The position numbers and the translations under genes were made by a program. Below, piece by piece: positions 52,990-64,000 of a stretch of DNA of 64,000 nucleotides. Origin of the DNA: Rhynchobatus australiae (taxonomy: Eukaryota); NCBI GenBank assembly GCA_034780895.1, contig JAUZTB010000064.1, positions 108,159,442 to 108,223,441 on the forward strand, read 5' to 3'. The notes under the pieces were generated by a model that was given only the letters and a program-made list of their open reading frames with translations, was not told where the DNA came from and did not search any database. Every line of letters starts with the position of its first letter. Position 1 is the first letter of the stretch.

Positions 52990-53855
52990 CATCAAATATC
53001 TCCCAAATTACTAGTTAAGGAACATTATTGCAGTCCAAATTGGCTGATGTACTCTGAATCTTAATAGTGGTATGATCCAGAACCAACCAGGGTATTTTAT
53101 CTTGTTTGGCTTTGCTTTATTTGGGAAAACAAATTTAGGTAATTCTTTAGGGGACATAAAACAAGGCAAGGGACTACCTAATAAATGGTAGGTTACAGTA
53201 CTGCAAGTATAGAACAATGGTAGGACTTCATGGCAACAGTTCCTGAAGGTAGCAAGATGGGTAGATATGGTGTTTAAGACAGCATACAAGATATTTTCCT
53301 TTAGTGACAAAGACATGGAAGACATGCTCGAACTGTAAAATGTAAGATATAATTCACAGCAGCATATGGTTCTGGTAACCACATTACAGGAAGAAAATGA
53401 CAATGGTAGGGAGGGTACAGTTGTGAAAGGATCTTGCCAGAGACTGAAGTTTAGTGACGAGGTGAGATCAACTAATTTAAGTTTGCATTTTTGGAACTGA
53501 AGAGACTGGGATGTTAAACATTGTGATGGGCTTGCATAGGGTGGACTTGTTTCCCTTAACAGAGAAGTCAATAATTAGGGACTGCAAGTTTAAGGGGGGT
53601 GGGTAGAAAGATCAGTGGGCATCTGTGGGGAGAAAGTGAATGTTGTAATAGAGTAATGGTTGGGGGAGGGGGTTGATGGGGAGGGGTTGTGTTTGGAGGA
53701 TCTAGAACTTATGCTGAATTTAAAAAGTAGTTGAATGAGATATTGATGTGTAGTCCCCTACAGGGCTACAGACCAGGAGCTGAGGAGTAGCATTAGTCAG
53801 AGTAATATACTGCCTTGACTAGTATGGACATGATGGGCACAGGAGGCTGCCATTC
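52990..53855 (+). mobile_element. Old CR1 3' half downstream of the TMEM184C stop
   Basis: tatggttctggtaaccacattacagg (QFWSP.Y-like), cttgtttcccttaacagagaagtcaataattaggg, and tail gacatgatgggc. Confidence 0.7.
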
Positions 53856-56800
53856 AGCCTTAAATTTAAATTGAGGCATTTTTGAATACAATGGTTATTC
53901 CTTCAGGTTCAGTAAGATACCACTTTTCTCTTCACTTTTATTTCTTCACTGAGAATTTTTATTTAAAGGAGCAATCTGCTCAAAATTTGCCCTGGTCATT
54001 AATTTGAATGATGGTTGAGGGATCTTGTGCACAAACTGTAATTTTTTTCTTTGTGTGCATAACTGACTGAACTTCCACAAATCATTCTTTGGGCTGTAAA
54101 TCCCTTTGGAATATCCAAAGCATATCAAAAGCACTTTATAAATGTAAGTTCTGATTTTATTTTTCATTGGCTGAGTCTTCAATACATCCTGCAGTAGTTA
54201 CTATTTTTGTTTTTGCTGCACTTCAGCTCCTCTTCATCACATTTATCCCTTTGGAGAATAGTGCAAAGGAGAGGAAAGAATCACAATTGCTCATATTTTT
54301 AAAATGCTTAACATAGCAAGATGTCCTAAGGTGTTCGAAACATAATTTAGTCTGACTGGGGCAGCAACACACTTTCCATTACTATTATACCTTTTATACT
54401 AGCTGGTGGGAAACTTAATCCTGCACAGTGAGAGCTTTATAGACTCAAACATCATGTTCATTCATGAGGAGGATAGGGTAGAGGGACCAGGAGTGAGCAT
54501 TCACAGCTATGTGATGCAGGTATTCCATTGGACATTGATTTGGGAAGCACCTTTAGGTATAACAAACATTGCATGGTATTCTATTTTAATATTTTAAAGT
54601 GCATTCTGCACACACTAGGAAGAGTTTGTCCAATGTGCAAGATCTCCAGTTTGTTTTTATTACAGACCATTGTAAACCCAAGAGTTTAATTTTCAAACAA
54701 CATAGTCCACACCATGTTTGTGAAGGCAAATTGTGAGCAGGACAGTGCTGCTGTAAGTAAANNNNNNNNNNGACATTACATGTGTAACAGCAGCTTTGAT
54801 AAATCCAATATATTTATTTCCTGCTGTCTTTCAAATTTCTGAAAAATTGTAGTTCCAATAACTCTATAGCTGAAAACTATTGTTGATCTTGGGCCTATTT
54901 TTGAGACTTCTTTTTGTTGCATGGATGTGAAAGAGAAGTTATGGTTGCTACTTCTGGATTGTCGCCTATTCAAGATTAATACTGTAAGTATATTCTAACC
55001 ACATTTCAAATCTGTGTAAAATCATGCATCACAATTGTTGCAATGCTTAGTTGCATTCAAAAATGTACTTTTTTGGATTTCTTCCTCAATGCTGTAACTT
55101 GGAAAAGGTTGAGTGTGAATCAGAAAAGTACGTAATAGCTGTTCTAGTATAATAGTGTTTTAACAGTAAGATTGATTCATCTGTCAATATAAATTGTTAA
55201 AATAGAACTGTCAGGTTTATAATAGGAATAAATTAATATTGCCTTGTATAAATCAAATGGAATAAACTACTATCTGTCAAATGTTGGGCATTATGCTCAG
55301 AAATGAGCGGGATATCTTGCAAATCTTGCTTATTAAACTGCATTTTAACAGATCAATTTGGACAGTAGAATCAATTAAATTTACAGATTATGTAAAATTG
55401 TTTTCTATGTTAATCCCCATATTCATTTGTTAATTACAGGGGCTATATTTTAAGTGATCCAATTGGAACAGTATAGAGTCTTCAAAACAACTTGACCTAG
55501 TAATCAGAGTTGAAACATCGCTTAATTTGATAATTACATATGCAACTAAATGAAGGAAGGATTGTTTCTTTTCTTTAAAGTTAGCAATTAGAATATCTTG
55601 TTAAATTTGCATGAAAACATCAAAAGTGAAATTTTTGATGTTTTAACTATACGAAGAATGAGAAAAATAAACATTGATTTCTTTAACTGGTGTTTAATAC
55701 ATTTTTTTGATATGACTAATTGGACAATTCTGGATATTGAAATAGTTGCCACAGTGACTATTCCAAAGACAATCATGTAAGTACAGGCAATCCTTGCATT
55801 ACTGCTGTATGGGTAATGGAAATTCGTCCTTTCATAATTCATGAATCATGACCCAAAAATTTGAGAAATTCTGTGAGTGAATTTTATTTATGGGTGGGGG
55901 GGAAGGGAGGGAAAATTACTAAACAAACACTTTTCAACTCTCGTTTCTTGATGCACGCTTAGATGTTGCAGCTTCATGTTACAGAAAATCGCAATATGGA
56001 CCACTTTCTAGGAACACAGCTCCCCTATAACATGGTTGCCTGTACATTGTTTTTGAATCTTAGCTGTGGCTTTCTCCTTTCTCCTCAATATTACTGTTGT
56101 TCTATTTCTCCTGAACCAATTGAAAGCTTATGGCCTGAATCTTAGCAAGAAATAGTAGTTTCCTTGTATGGAGGAACTATGCACAGTATGTACAAATATT
56201 TACTAAGATGTACTCATTGGTGGTTTCTTGACTGTTCTGCCACTGAACTCCCTATGTAGGCAGTTACATTAGGAAATCTGCTTGCTGAACCTGTGTTAGT
56301 TTAAACCTGGAGTAGGTTCAGCAACTCCATTCCAAAGTAGAGAAATCTCTGCAGTAGGTTCCTCAACCTTGGACCTGGTCAGGATTGTCCTATTTGAATT
56401 ACATTGAAGGAGATTTCACCCATCTTGTATCCTACTTATACACGAGTACCTTTTGCAATTTGTGTGCTGTACACCATTGCTGACAGTGTGAAGCCACCAC
56501 ATTTTTGTATGTATGTACATCACATACATAGAGGACCCAGAAGCACCTATGGTTACCTTCATGATCCAAACAGTAAAGTTAGTGTGTCTGAATATTTTGG
56601 TTGTATCAAAATGCATTGCACACAAACATTGCCATATAATCTGATTTTTAAGCTACAATATCCAATGTGCTGCACTGCTACATGAGTTACTAATTTGCTC
56701 AACTATCACATTGATATTCAGTACACACAAGTCCTCTTGCTCATCTATAAAAGCCGCTGCTTGAAGTCTCCTTTGAAAGAGTAATTTGCACTTTGCATAA

Positions 56801-57776
56801 TAATTGGTTATGTGATTTAAGTTTTTTTAAAGCTCTTGATAACTCGTCTAAAAAAAAATCCCTTTTTGTGAATGTACTATTGAGTATTCTGTGTTAACAT
56901 AATGAATCAAATTCACTAGTTTGATATGGAAACAGCTTAGTAATAGCTCCAAATGTTTCAAATAACATCTAGCAGCCACTATACTTGCTGTTCATTTTCC
57001 ATGTGTAATAATATGGGAGGTCAATTGCCATTATAAATATACTTCTTGCCATTTCTTATTCCTACCTATCTGCTTAAGGCAGGTTGAGATACCCTTGCTG
57101 CAAGAAAACATTTTTTGACAATGTCAGTGTGACAGTAAACCATAGGAATTTTCATCAAATGGTCCTTGTACTGATGACAAAAGTTATAAGCTAATTCAGC
57201 AAACAGTGCAAACACAGATATGTTTTGCTGGATTCTATAAAAACAAAAGTAGCTTTTGGACTGTTTCAGTTTACTTCAATTCATTCCCCTCTTTCTTCCT
57301 GTTTCCCCTCCATGTCCCCTCCTCCCAACTTCATTTTCAAAAGTCTAAAGAACAATTTTCTTCCAAATAAATTCTTTATAAGCAACATTAATAAACAGGA
57401 CAAATTGGTGAACAATTTAAAAGGAAAGCCAGGGAAATCACTACAAACGCAATAAAGATCAACAAATCATGCAATTATCCAAGGAAATGTCTGAAGTTCA
57501 AACCCAAAGACACTTCAGTTCAACAGTAGAAGACTGGAAATGTTATCTTTCAAATGGGATATGAATAGTCCTGTTTGACTATTCTTGTGTTTTGGAGCAG
57601 TGGAGGTTCGATGGTATCATTAAAAAAAAGATGCGGGGAATTCTTTTCTGTGCCTTATTTTTAGAATTACAAACTTCATTCATTTAACCTCTGTTTTAGG
57701 GATACTTTGCCACAATTTGGGCTATGAAATGGACCAATTCGATTGAAATCATTTTTGTTAAACCCTAAGAAAATTG

Positions 57777-57995
57777 CTACACGTGGTTTACAGTCATTGA
57801 GATACTACTCTTGTGATAGCGGATTTTTAATAAAAGTTCATCTCCTGAATTAACTTGTATTGGATTATCCAGAACAAAGGCAGCCTGCTTCCAATGAGAA
57901 GATTCATTCCATGTGTTCAGACTGATGTCCATGTCCAGGTAAATTTCATACCAAAATGGAACTGCAGTTAGACTCCCTGAGGAGTGCACTTGAAC
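57777..57995 (-). CDS. PRMT9: PRMT9 last coding exon
   Basis: Minus-strand acceptor tatag, [72 protein letters not shown]. Contains the SHWKQ (THW-like loop) motif of the second PRMT module. Confidence 0.93.
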   Translation of the reverse strand, partial: VQVHSSGSLTAVPFWYEIYLDMDISLNTWNESSHWKQAAFVLDNPIQVNSGDELLLKIRYHKSSISMTVNHV

Positions 57996-58449
57996 CTATA
58001 CATTAAAAGAGAGTAAAACAGAAATTAGAGTACTTTCATAGTTATGTCCTATAGCACATGGCTGAACTGTAGATTGGAAATTCCTATAGTTTACAATCAA
58101 CTATTGCACTGGAATTGTTAAAATCGTGATCTGTTGCAGCAGGGGCACTCTTATCTGCCTTCTGTTGTAAAGAGGCAAGGTTATTTACAACAGCAGTCAA
58201 CTTCACACATATTGTCTTTGTTTCAAACAATGTTATGAATTTACTTGAAAGCATCAAAAATATCCAGATAAGAAGACTCTTAGCATTAGACTAGATAATA
58301 ACTTTAGCTATGCATCTCTAATATAATTGAATCCTCAGAAGTTCAAGCAATTACATTTATATTGTACCTATTAACATAGTAAAACATCCCAAGATGCATC
58401 ACAGAAATCCCATCAGAGAAAACTCTGTTACAAAGGAGAAATCAGGGAA

Positions 58450-58750
58450 CGTAGACTATTACAGGCCCTTTAGCCCACAATGTTTTGCCAACATTTTATC
58501 CTGCTCCACAACACCACCAACCTTTTTATCATCAGCAAACTTACTAACCGACCCTTCCACATCCTCATCCAAGTCATTTATAAATATCACCAAGTGCAGG
58601 GGTTGCATAACACATCCCTGCGGAACACCACTGGTCACCGACTTCCAGGCAGAATACACTCTACGTCTACCACCACCCTCTGTTTTCTATGCACGAGCCA
58701 ATTCTGAATCCACACAGCCAAGTTTCCCTGGATCCCATACTTCCTGAACG
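58450..58750 (-). mobile_element. CR1 RT fragment joined directly to a 3' tail
   Basis: WKSVTSGVPQGCVMQPLHLVIFINDLDEDVEGSVSKFADDKKVGGVV followed immediately by the tail tgggctaaagggcctg. Confidence 0.88.
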
Positions 58751-59028
58751 TGGTGACTGAATTGACGTTTTACATAGTGTCTTAAAGAAGATAGACTAAG
58801 GTCCAAACAATGGAACAGTGAAGGAAATTGGAGATAAATATAATGCCAGAATCAGATAAACACAGTTCTCAAAGAGTTGTAGGGCTGTACGTAATTGTGT
58901 GATGCTAATAGGAGAGCCCATGGGAATCAGAAAAGGACGAGAATTTTAATTTTCTGCAAGACTGGTAAATATCTGACGCAACAGAAACCCCTCACTTATG
59001 CAGTAGTCACTGATTAGAAAGTTTATAG

Positions 59029-59163
59029 GAGTCACACAAGATACTGCAGATGCTGGAATTTGGAGCAAAACATAAACTGCGGGAGGAACTCAACAGGTCG
59101 AGCAGCATCTGTGGAGGGAAATGGACAGTCGACTTTTTGGGTCAAGACCCTTCATCTGGACAC
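59029..59163 (-). mobile_element. Short PLE-terminus insertion (135 bp) in the last PRMT9 intron
   Basis: 11-bp TSD aaagtttatag (59018-59028 and 59164-59174). Same family as 29086-29226, in the opposite orientation. Confidence 0.87.
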
Positions 59164-59469
59164 AAAGTTTATAGATTTTATTTTACATGAAGGAGAGATT
59201 TATGTCATTACCATTACAGTGTTTTAATTGACAAAGTCTACATGTCTTATGAAATTTCCAATTTCTGCTTTCAAATTTAAAATACAAATAGCAAATTCTC
59301 CTTCATTGCACAGAAACGTATATTCTACCACGAATTCTTCACCTGNNNNNNNNNNNNNNNNNNNNNNNNNNNNNNNNNNNNCATTCACAGGTCTAGCAGG
59401 TGGTAATATTTTGCTTTTGTACATGTGATATGAGTTTAGTATTTATCATAGATTATTTGAAATAGTTAG

Positions 59470-59762
59470 AAAGATAATTACAAGATTGGGGGCAGTCATT
59501 TAAAACAGAGGTGCATAGGGACGTCTTCTTGCAGAGGGTTGTAAATCTCTGGAATTGTCGACCACAGAAGGTTTGGAAGTTAGATCACTGGTGGCATTTA
59601 AAGAGGAAGGAGATAAAATTTTGAAAGATCAGGGTATGAATGGCTATGAGGAAGTGGCACAGAAGAGATGAGACTTAGGGCAGATCAGCCATGATCATTT
59701 TGAATGGCAGGGCAGGCTTGAGGAGCTGAATGACCTACTCCTGCTGATGTTTTATGACCTTA
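59470..59762 (+). mobile_element. CR1 3' end
   Basis: gagggttgtaaatctctggaatt...gatcagccatgatcattttgaatggcagggcaggcttgagg...cctactcctgct. Confidence 0.82.
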
Positions 59763-59969
59763 TTTTTCATTAATATTCAATTCAAGGAGCATTTTATAGA
59801 TANNNNNNNNNNCAAAAGGAAACTATTCACATTAACATTTCATTAGCAGTGAAAGAACAGGGCTGATTTTGGTACTTGTATATAAAGTTTTAAACAGATA
59901 TAATGTAAAACAAAACCAAAATTCAAAATTTCCACAACTGATGACATAACTTTTAAAAATACATCTTAC

Positions 59970-60092
59970 CTTGATTTCACTGCACACATCATCAGAGACG
60001 AGGCCCAAGAGATCCAGCTTTAATAGTTCCATCGGCTCACTGAGTTGAACATGAGGTAAAGTGGATAAATGCAAGAACACATGGATCGGTAC
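59970..60092 (-). CDS. PRMT9: PRMT9 penultimate coding exon (123 nt)
   Basis: Acceptor cctatag, VPIHVFLHLSTLPHVQLSEPMELLKLDLLGLVSDDVCSEIK, donor gtaaga. Confidence 0.92.
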
Positions 60093-60201
60093 CTATAGGG
60101 GGAAAGAAAATCAATTTAAATTTCATTTACTATAGGAAAAATTTAATTTAATTAAAAGTTGAATTTTGTACAACATTTATACTATAATAACAAGAAACAA
60201 C

Positions 60202-60355
60202 CTTGAATTGGTTGATGAAAGGTGCAATATTGAAACCCAATGTGGGTTCTTTTCCCTGAACAGCACTTTCTTGCTGTAAAGTCTCAGATTCGATAAGCAT
60301 TCCATATATTGTTATACATCGAGGCAACAACCTTCCCTCAGGTCGAAGCAAGCAT
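60202..60355 (-). CDS. PRMT9: PRMT9 internal coding exon (154 nt)
   Basis: Acceptor ttttag, (R)CLLRPEGRLLPRCITIYGMLIESETLQQESAVQGKEPTLGFNIAPFINQFK, donor gttgtt. A 109-nt intron separates it from the next exon. Confidence 0.93.
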
Positions 60356-61622
60356 CTAAAAGGAAAGACAAGCGCTTAAACAGTCTTAAGATGATTCAAC
60401 AATAGATGAACTTTCCGCCAATGTAGCTTGGTATCAGCACCGCCTTATATCTTACAGAACCAGAATAGAGAAGCACTGCTTTAAAATCAGACATTTATGC
60501 CTTTAACACAAAAGAAATCCAAATCTCACCCCATAAAGAGCACATTTAAAAAAACTGGATCCCAAACATTAGAAGGAGGAACAAGAAACAACCTAAAGTT
60601 CAATCAAAGAACTTCAAAGAAGAGTCCAATTGCAGCAAAGAAATGGAGGAGGATTTCAGCAGATTTGAGGGAAAAGCCTCAAAGTGAAAAGAATGAATTA
60701 AAATCAGAGTCATTAAGTTAAAGCGTTTGGTCTTTCCACAGAAACATTTTAAGGAAAAACTCATGTCACAAAGAAAATAATGTCAATAGGCATGTAGGAC
60801 TTTTCTTGGTTGTCTATAAGTAACAGATTTAATTTAATAAGTTTAACACTAAATATCCCACAGTTAGATCAATTCAATGACTTAGCTGTATCTGTGCATT
60901 TTACAATGATGGGACTTCCAGGTCTTTTTAATTTTTTTTAAACAAAATGCTTGTATAAAAAGCATGTAAAAATAGAATTATCCAGATATAAGTAGCAGAA
61001 AAATTATGATGCAGTATGCTTCACAAAGCTTACAGTTCACATTTTACTTAATACACAAAAATACATTCTGATCATTAAGTATGAGAACAAAATTACAATA
61101 AGATGTGCCTTATTGTTCTGGTACTCTAATCCTTAAGAGGCTGGCTATCCCCATCTCTCTATACCTCTTAAAAATCACCCCCAATGACCTGAAGGTTCAA
61201 TCTATGGTTCGTCAACTCCAGCAGTCAAGTCACAGAATCTTAATTTGTTCTACGTTATTCATTTGTTTAAATATTTTTAGCCTGAGGTTTTCTTTTCCAC
61301 ACTATTTGCTCATTGCTGAATAAATGTAGAAAAAGAAAAACAAGTTTTGTTAATAAAATCAATTTAAAGTCCATGCAAATTAAGTCAGTAATCCTATTAA
61401 GCTCTGTGATTGGCTACTGGTTCTATGGTGAATAAAGATGTGGCCCAGGAGAATAAAACTCATTTCCTCAGCAAAATGTCAGATTGGGACAAACTTGGGT
61501 TGTCTACTCTGCTCCAGAGGGGAGACCTGATGGAGGTTCATNNNNNNNNNNNNNNNNNNNNNNNNNNNNNNNNNNNNNNNNNNNNNNNNNNNNNNNNNNN
61601 NNNNNNNNNNNNNNNNNNNNNN

Positions 61623-62339
61623 TAGCTAGAGCTGCTTTCTCCACCAGGCCTTGTCGTATAAGTCCACATGTCTCAATAGCATCGAGAATAATCACACTCC
61701 AAAGCTTGCCCGACTGAGGCCTTTGTAAAAGTGTAGAGTCATCATCCAGATAATTATGCCAAAACTCTAACAGATCTTTGGAAATGTTGTTAGATTCTGC
61801 TAAAGTACTCAATGTAGCTTGCTGCTGTGCTTTCTCTAAGGAACTAAAAACTTTAATGGGTGCCAGCTTAGCAGCAATCAGTGGCAAAATGGAAAAGCCC
61901 TCTGATACGTCTAACAGGTACAAGGTGTCAAAGGTTGAATCTGAAGAACAATGGAAGTTAGTATTTTCACTATTCCTGTCATCCACTATCTGTGAGAAAT
62001 GGGTTCCACTGTCCACTGGCATTAATGAATATAATATACTGCTTAGAGCTGATTTGAAATGGTCATTATATTGAGTGTTATTGAGACGAGCTATTTCTGA
62101 TGATTCAAGCATACACTGAAGAAAGGTCATTCCAGAGTCACTCGTAGTCTGAAGATTGGCCAAAGCGTTACACAGTTCAGTTTCACATGCAAGATGGCTA
62201 CTTGGCTGATCACTCAAAGTATTCATTTCGATTTCCTTCTTGTTTCCATGTTTCAATACAGCAATACTGTGAAAAACCAGGTATGAGTTCTTGCAGGAAA
62301 CATCAACTACTAGAGTATCACCACATTTCACTATCTGGC
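61623..62339 (-). CDS. PRMT9: PRMT9 large internal exon (donor end in N gap)
   Basis: Acceptor gttgcag, QIVKCGDTLVVDVSC...ETELCNALANL...LYLLDVSEGFSILPLIAAKL...LLQRPQSGKLWSVIILDAIETCGLIRQGLVEKAALA. Earlier PRMT9 exons were not found in the window. Confidence 0.93.
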
Positions 62340-63399
62340 CTGCAACATAAAAAGAAATATAAATCTCAAGCCAGATTCTGCAGACCCGTTTCCCCCTCCC
62401 AGAAATGAGTTGTACAATGGTTAGGGACAATTATCCATGTCACCAGAGAATGAAAACATGAAGGTTTGTGCATCTAGTTAATAGTGATTGTAATTTCTCG
62501 CTCTGATAATAAATCATCACAAAATTGGGATCACTGTACAACAGGCTCAGAAACCTGTGATTTACCCAATTTATACTGCTTTTGAGTGAAATGCATGGCA
62601 GGAGTTCAGTCTACATTCTGGCCCTATTAACTGCAAATTCAGTTTTGAAGATTTCACACCTGGTGAGAAGTGATACTTGGCATGAAATTGTTCTGTCACT
62701 AAGGTAAACAGGGCATGCTAAATTTGAAGCCTGCAGCAGGAGCTTTACTTTTGTGCTAAAATAATAAATTCTTACGTTTGGAGACACATTATACTGCTCA
62801 CAAAAACCTTGTGTCTAAATAAGATTCCTGCTGAGCTGTCAAAGCTTCACAGATTGAAATTAGATAACTCAAAAATAATCTTAACACTTCAGCCGAGAAC
62901 AGGAGGAACTGCTCTGGAGGTCTTCTACATACTGTGGGATTGGAAGATAAATCTCAAAGCACATACATGACAGAGTATAAACTTGCACAGAAAAGACCAG
63001 CTCCAACCACTTTCCCANNNNNNNNNNNNNNNNNNNNNNNNNNNNNNNNNNNNNNNNNNNNNNNNNNNNNNNNNNNNNNNNNNNNNNNNNNNNNNNNNNN
63101 NNNNNNNNNNNNNNNNNGTCATTGGTGAGTCTATCCCCATGTAATTGAAAGAAAAATGCATGAGGAAAGATTTTATATTTTGGTATCTTCAAATCAAGAA
63201 AAATCCATTATTCCATTGTGATAAATCTGATTATTTCAGATGTTATCTGATATTGATAAAATGTATAAATTAATGTTTACAAATCAAGGTATGTATTGAG
63301 AAAAATTCTCTTTCCACCACATTACTAATTATACCTCTATATTTGTATTTAGCTTTTTTTCAAAACCTGCAGCCAAATCAAAACAGCAATATTTTTTTC

Positions 63400-63760
63400 C
63401 CCCAATTAAATATTGGGATGATAAACCCATTGCTTCAGATCTCTTGACAAATTCCATCCTACTCATTTGAACCCCAATATAGTGAACCACCTGTTTGGTC
63501 AAAGCTAAAACAGACCTATGGCCTCTCCCTACTTCTCCATCAATTCTGAACCTCTCTCATATCCTCAGATTTCCTTCACTCAACATTGAATTCCTGCACT
63601 AATCCTCTCCACCTCACTGTCCTCTATTTCTTCAACTAGGTTTTTGGTCATCTAACATAATGTCTCCTAACGTGGCCTGGTGTCAAATTTTATCAATAAC
63701 TCTCCTGTGACTTTTTTTTAAAACTATGTAAAAGCACTCTATAAATTCAGACTATTGTTT
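63400..63760 (+). mobile_element. L2-clade LINE 3' fragment
   Basis: tttttggtcatctaac...ggtgtcaaatttt...ctcctgtga...gcactctataaattcag. Confidence 0.55.
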
Positions 63761-64000
63761 TCTTATCAAGGATAAATGTTTGATACTGTTCTGTTGCATT
63801 CTCCAAATGAAATGAATGCAATCCGTTCATATGTTTATATTTGATTGAAACAGTAAAGCTTTCACTGAACAAGTCTGAGTAGATTATAGAGTCTTAGATC
63901 ATGGACCAAAAGCCACTTGGTCTGACATGTTAGTGTTGGTTATCTGAAAGAGCGATCTAATTCAGCCCTGCACCCCAGCCTTTTCCTTTATATTAACCCT

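Noticed and set aside
53011-53571. 186-aa minus-strand ORF
   Set aside because: Antisense reading of a decayed CR1 fragment.
62340-62430. N-terminal extension of ORF 61504-62430 as PRMT9 coding sequence
   Set aside because: It lies upstream of the ttgcag acceptor, so it is intronic read-through.

Overview
This is vertebrate genomic DNA, not prokaryotic. The HE1-type V-SINEs, DeuSINE, CR1 and Penelope repeats suggest a cartilaginous fish (inference), and the many N gaps indicate a draft assembly. Three spliced genes lie in the same order as in human. EDNRA contributes its last coding exon (+, 961-1107). TMEM184C has all 10 coding exons (+, 36307-52679, about 432 aa; the first ~4 nt of exon 8 fall in a gap). 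PRMT9 contributes its last four coding exons (-, 57777-62339), convergent with TMEM184C. Most ORFs in the supplied track are spurious or decayed transposon fragments. The non-coding space holds a fossil two-gene PIF/Harbinger transposon, CR1/L2/RTE LINE pieces, SINEs, Penelope-like elements (PLEs) in fold-back arrangements, and a 675-bp solo LTR with a 5-bp target-site duplication (TSD). The most interesting observations are four: (1) 135-141 bp TSD-flanked insertions made almost entirely of a minimal hammerhead-ribozyme-like PLE terminus; (2) a TSD-bounded PLE fold-back in a TMEM184C intron; (3) a TMEM184C promoter region with a CLEAR-like E-box between a CCAAT-bearing and a G-rich minisatellite; (4) a possible poison splice acceptor. 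I found no convincing wholly new protein-coding system. Exon coordinates were read from GT/AG junctions. Repeat boundaries are approximate unless a TSD is given.
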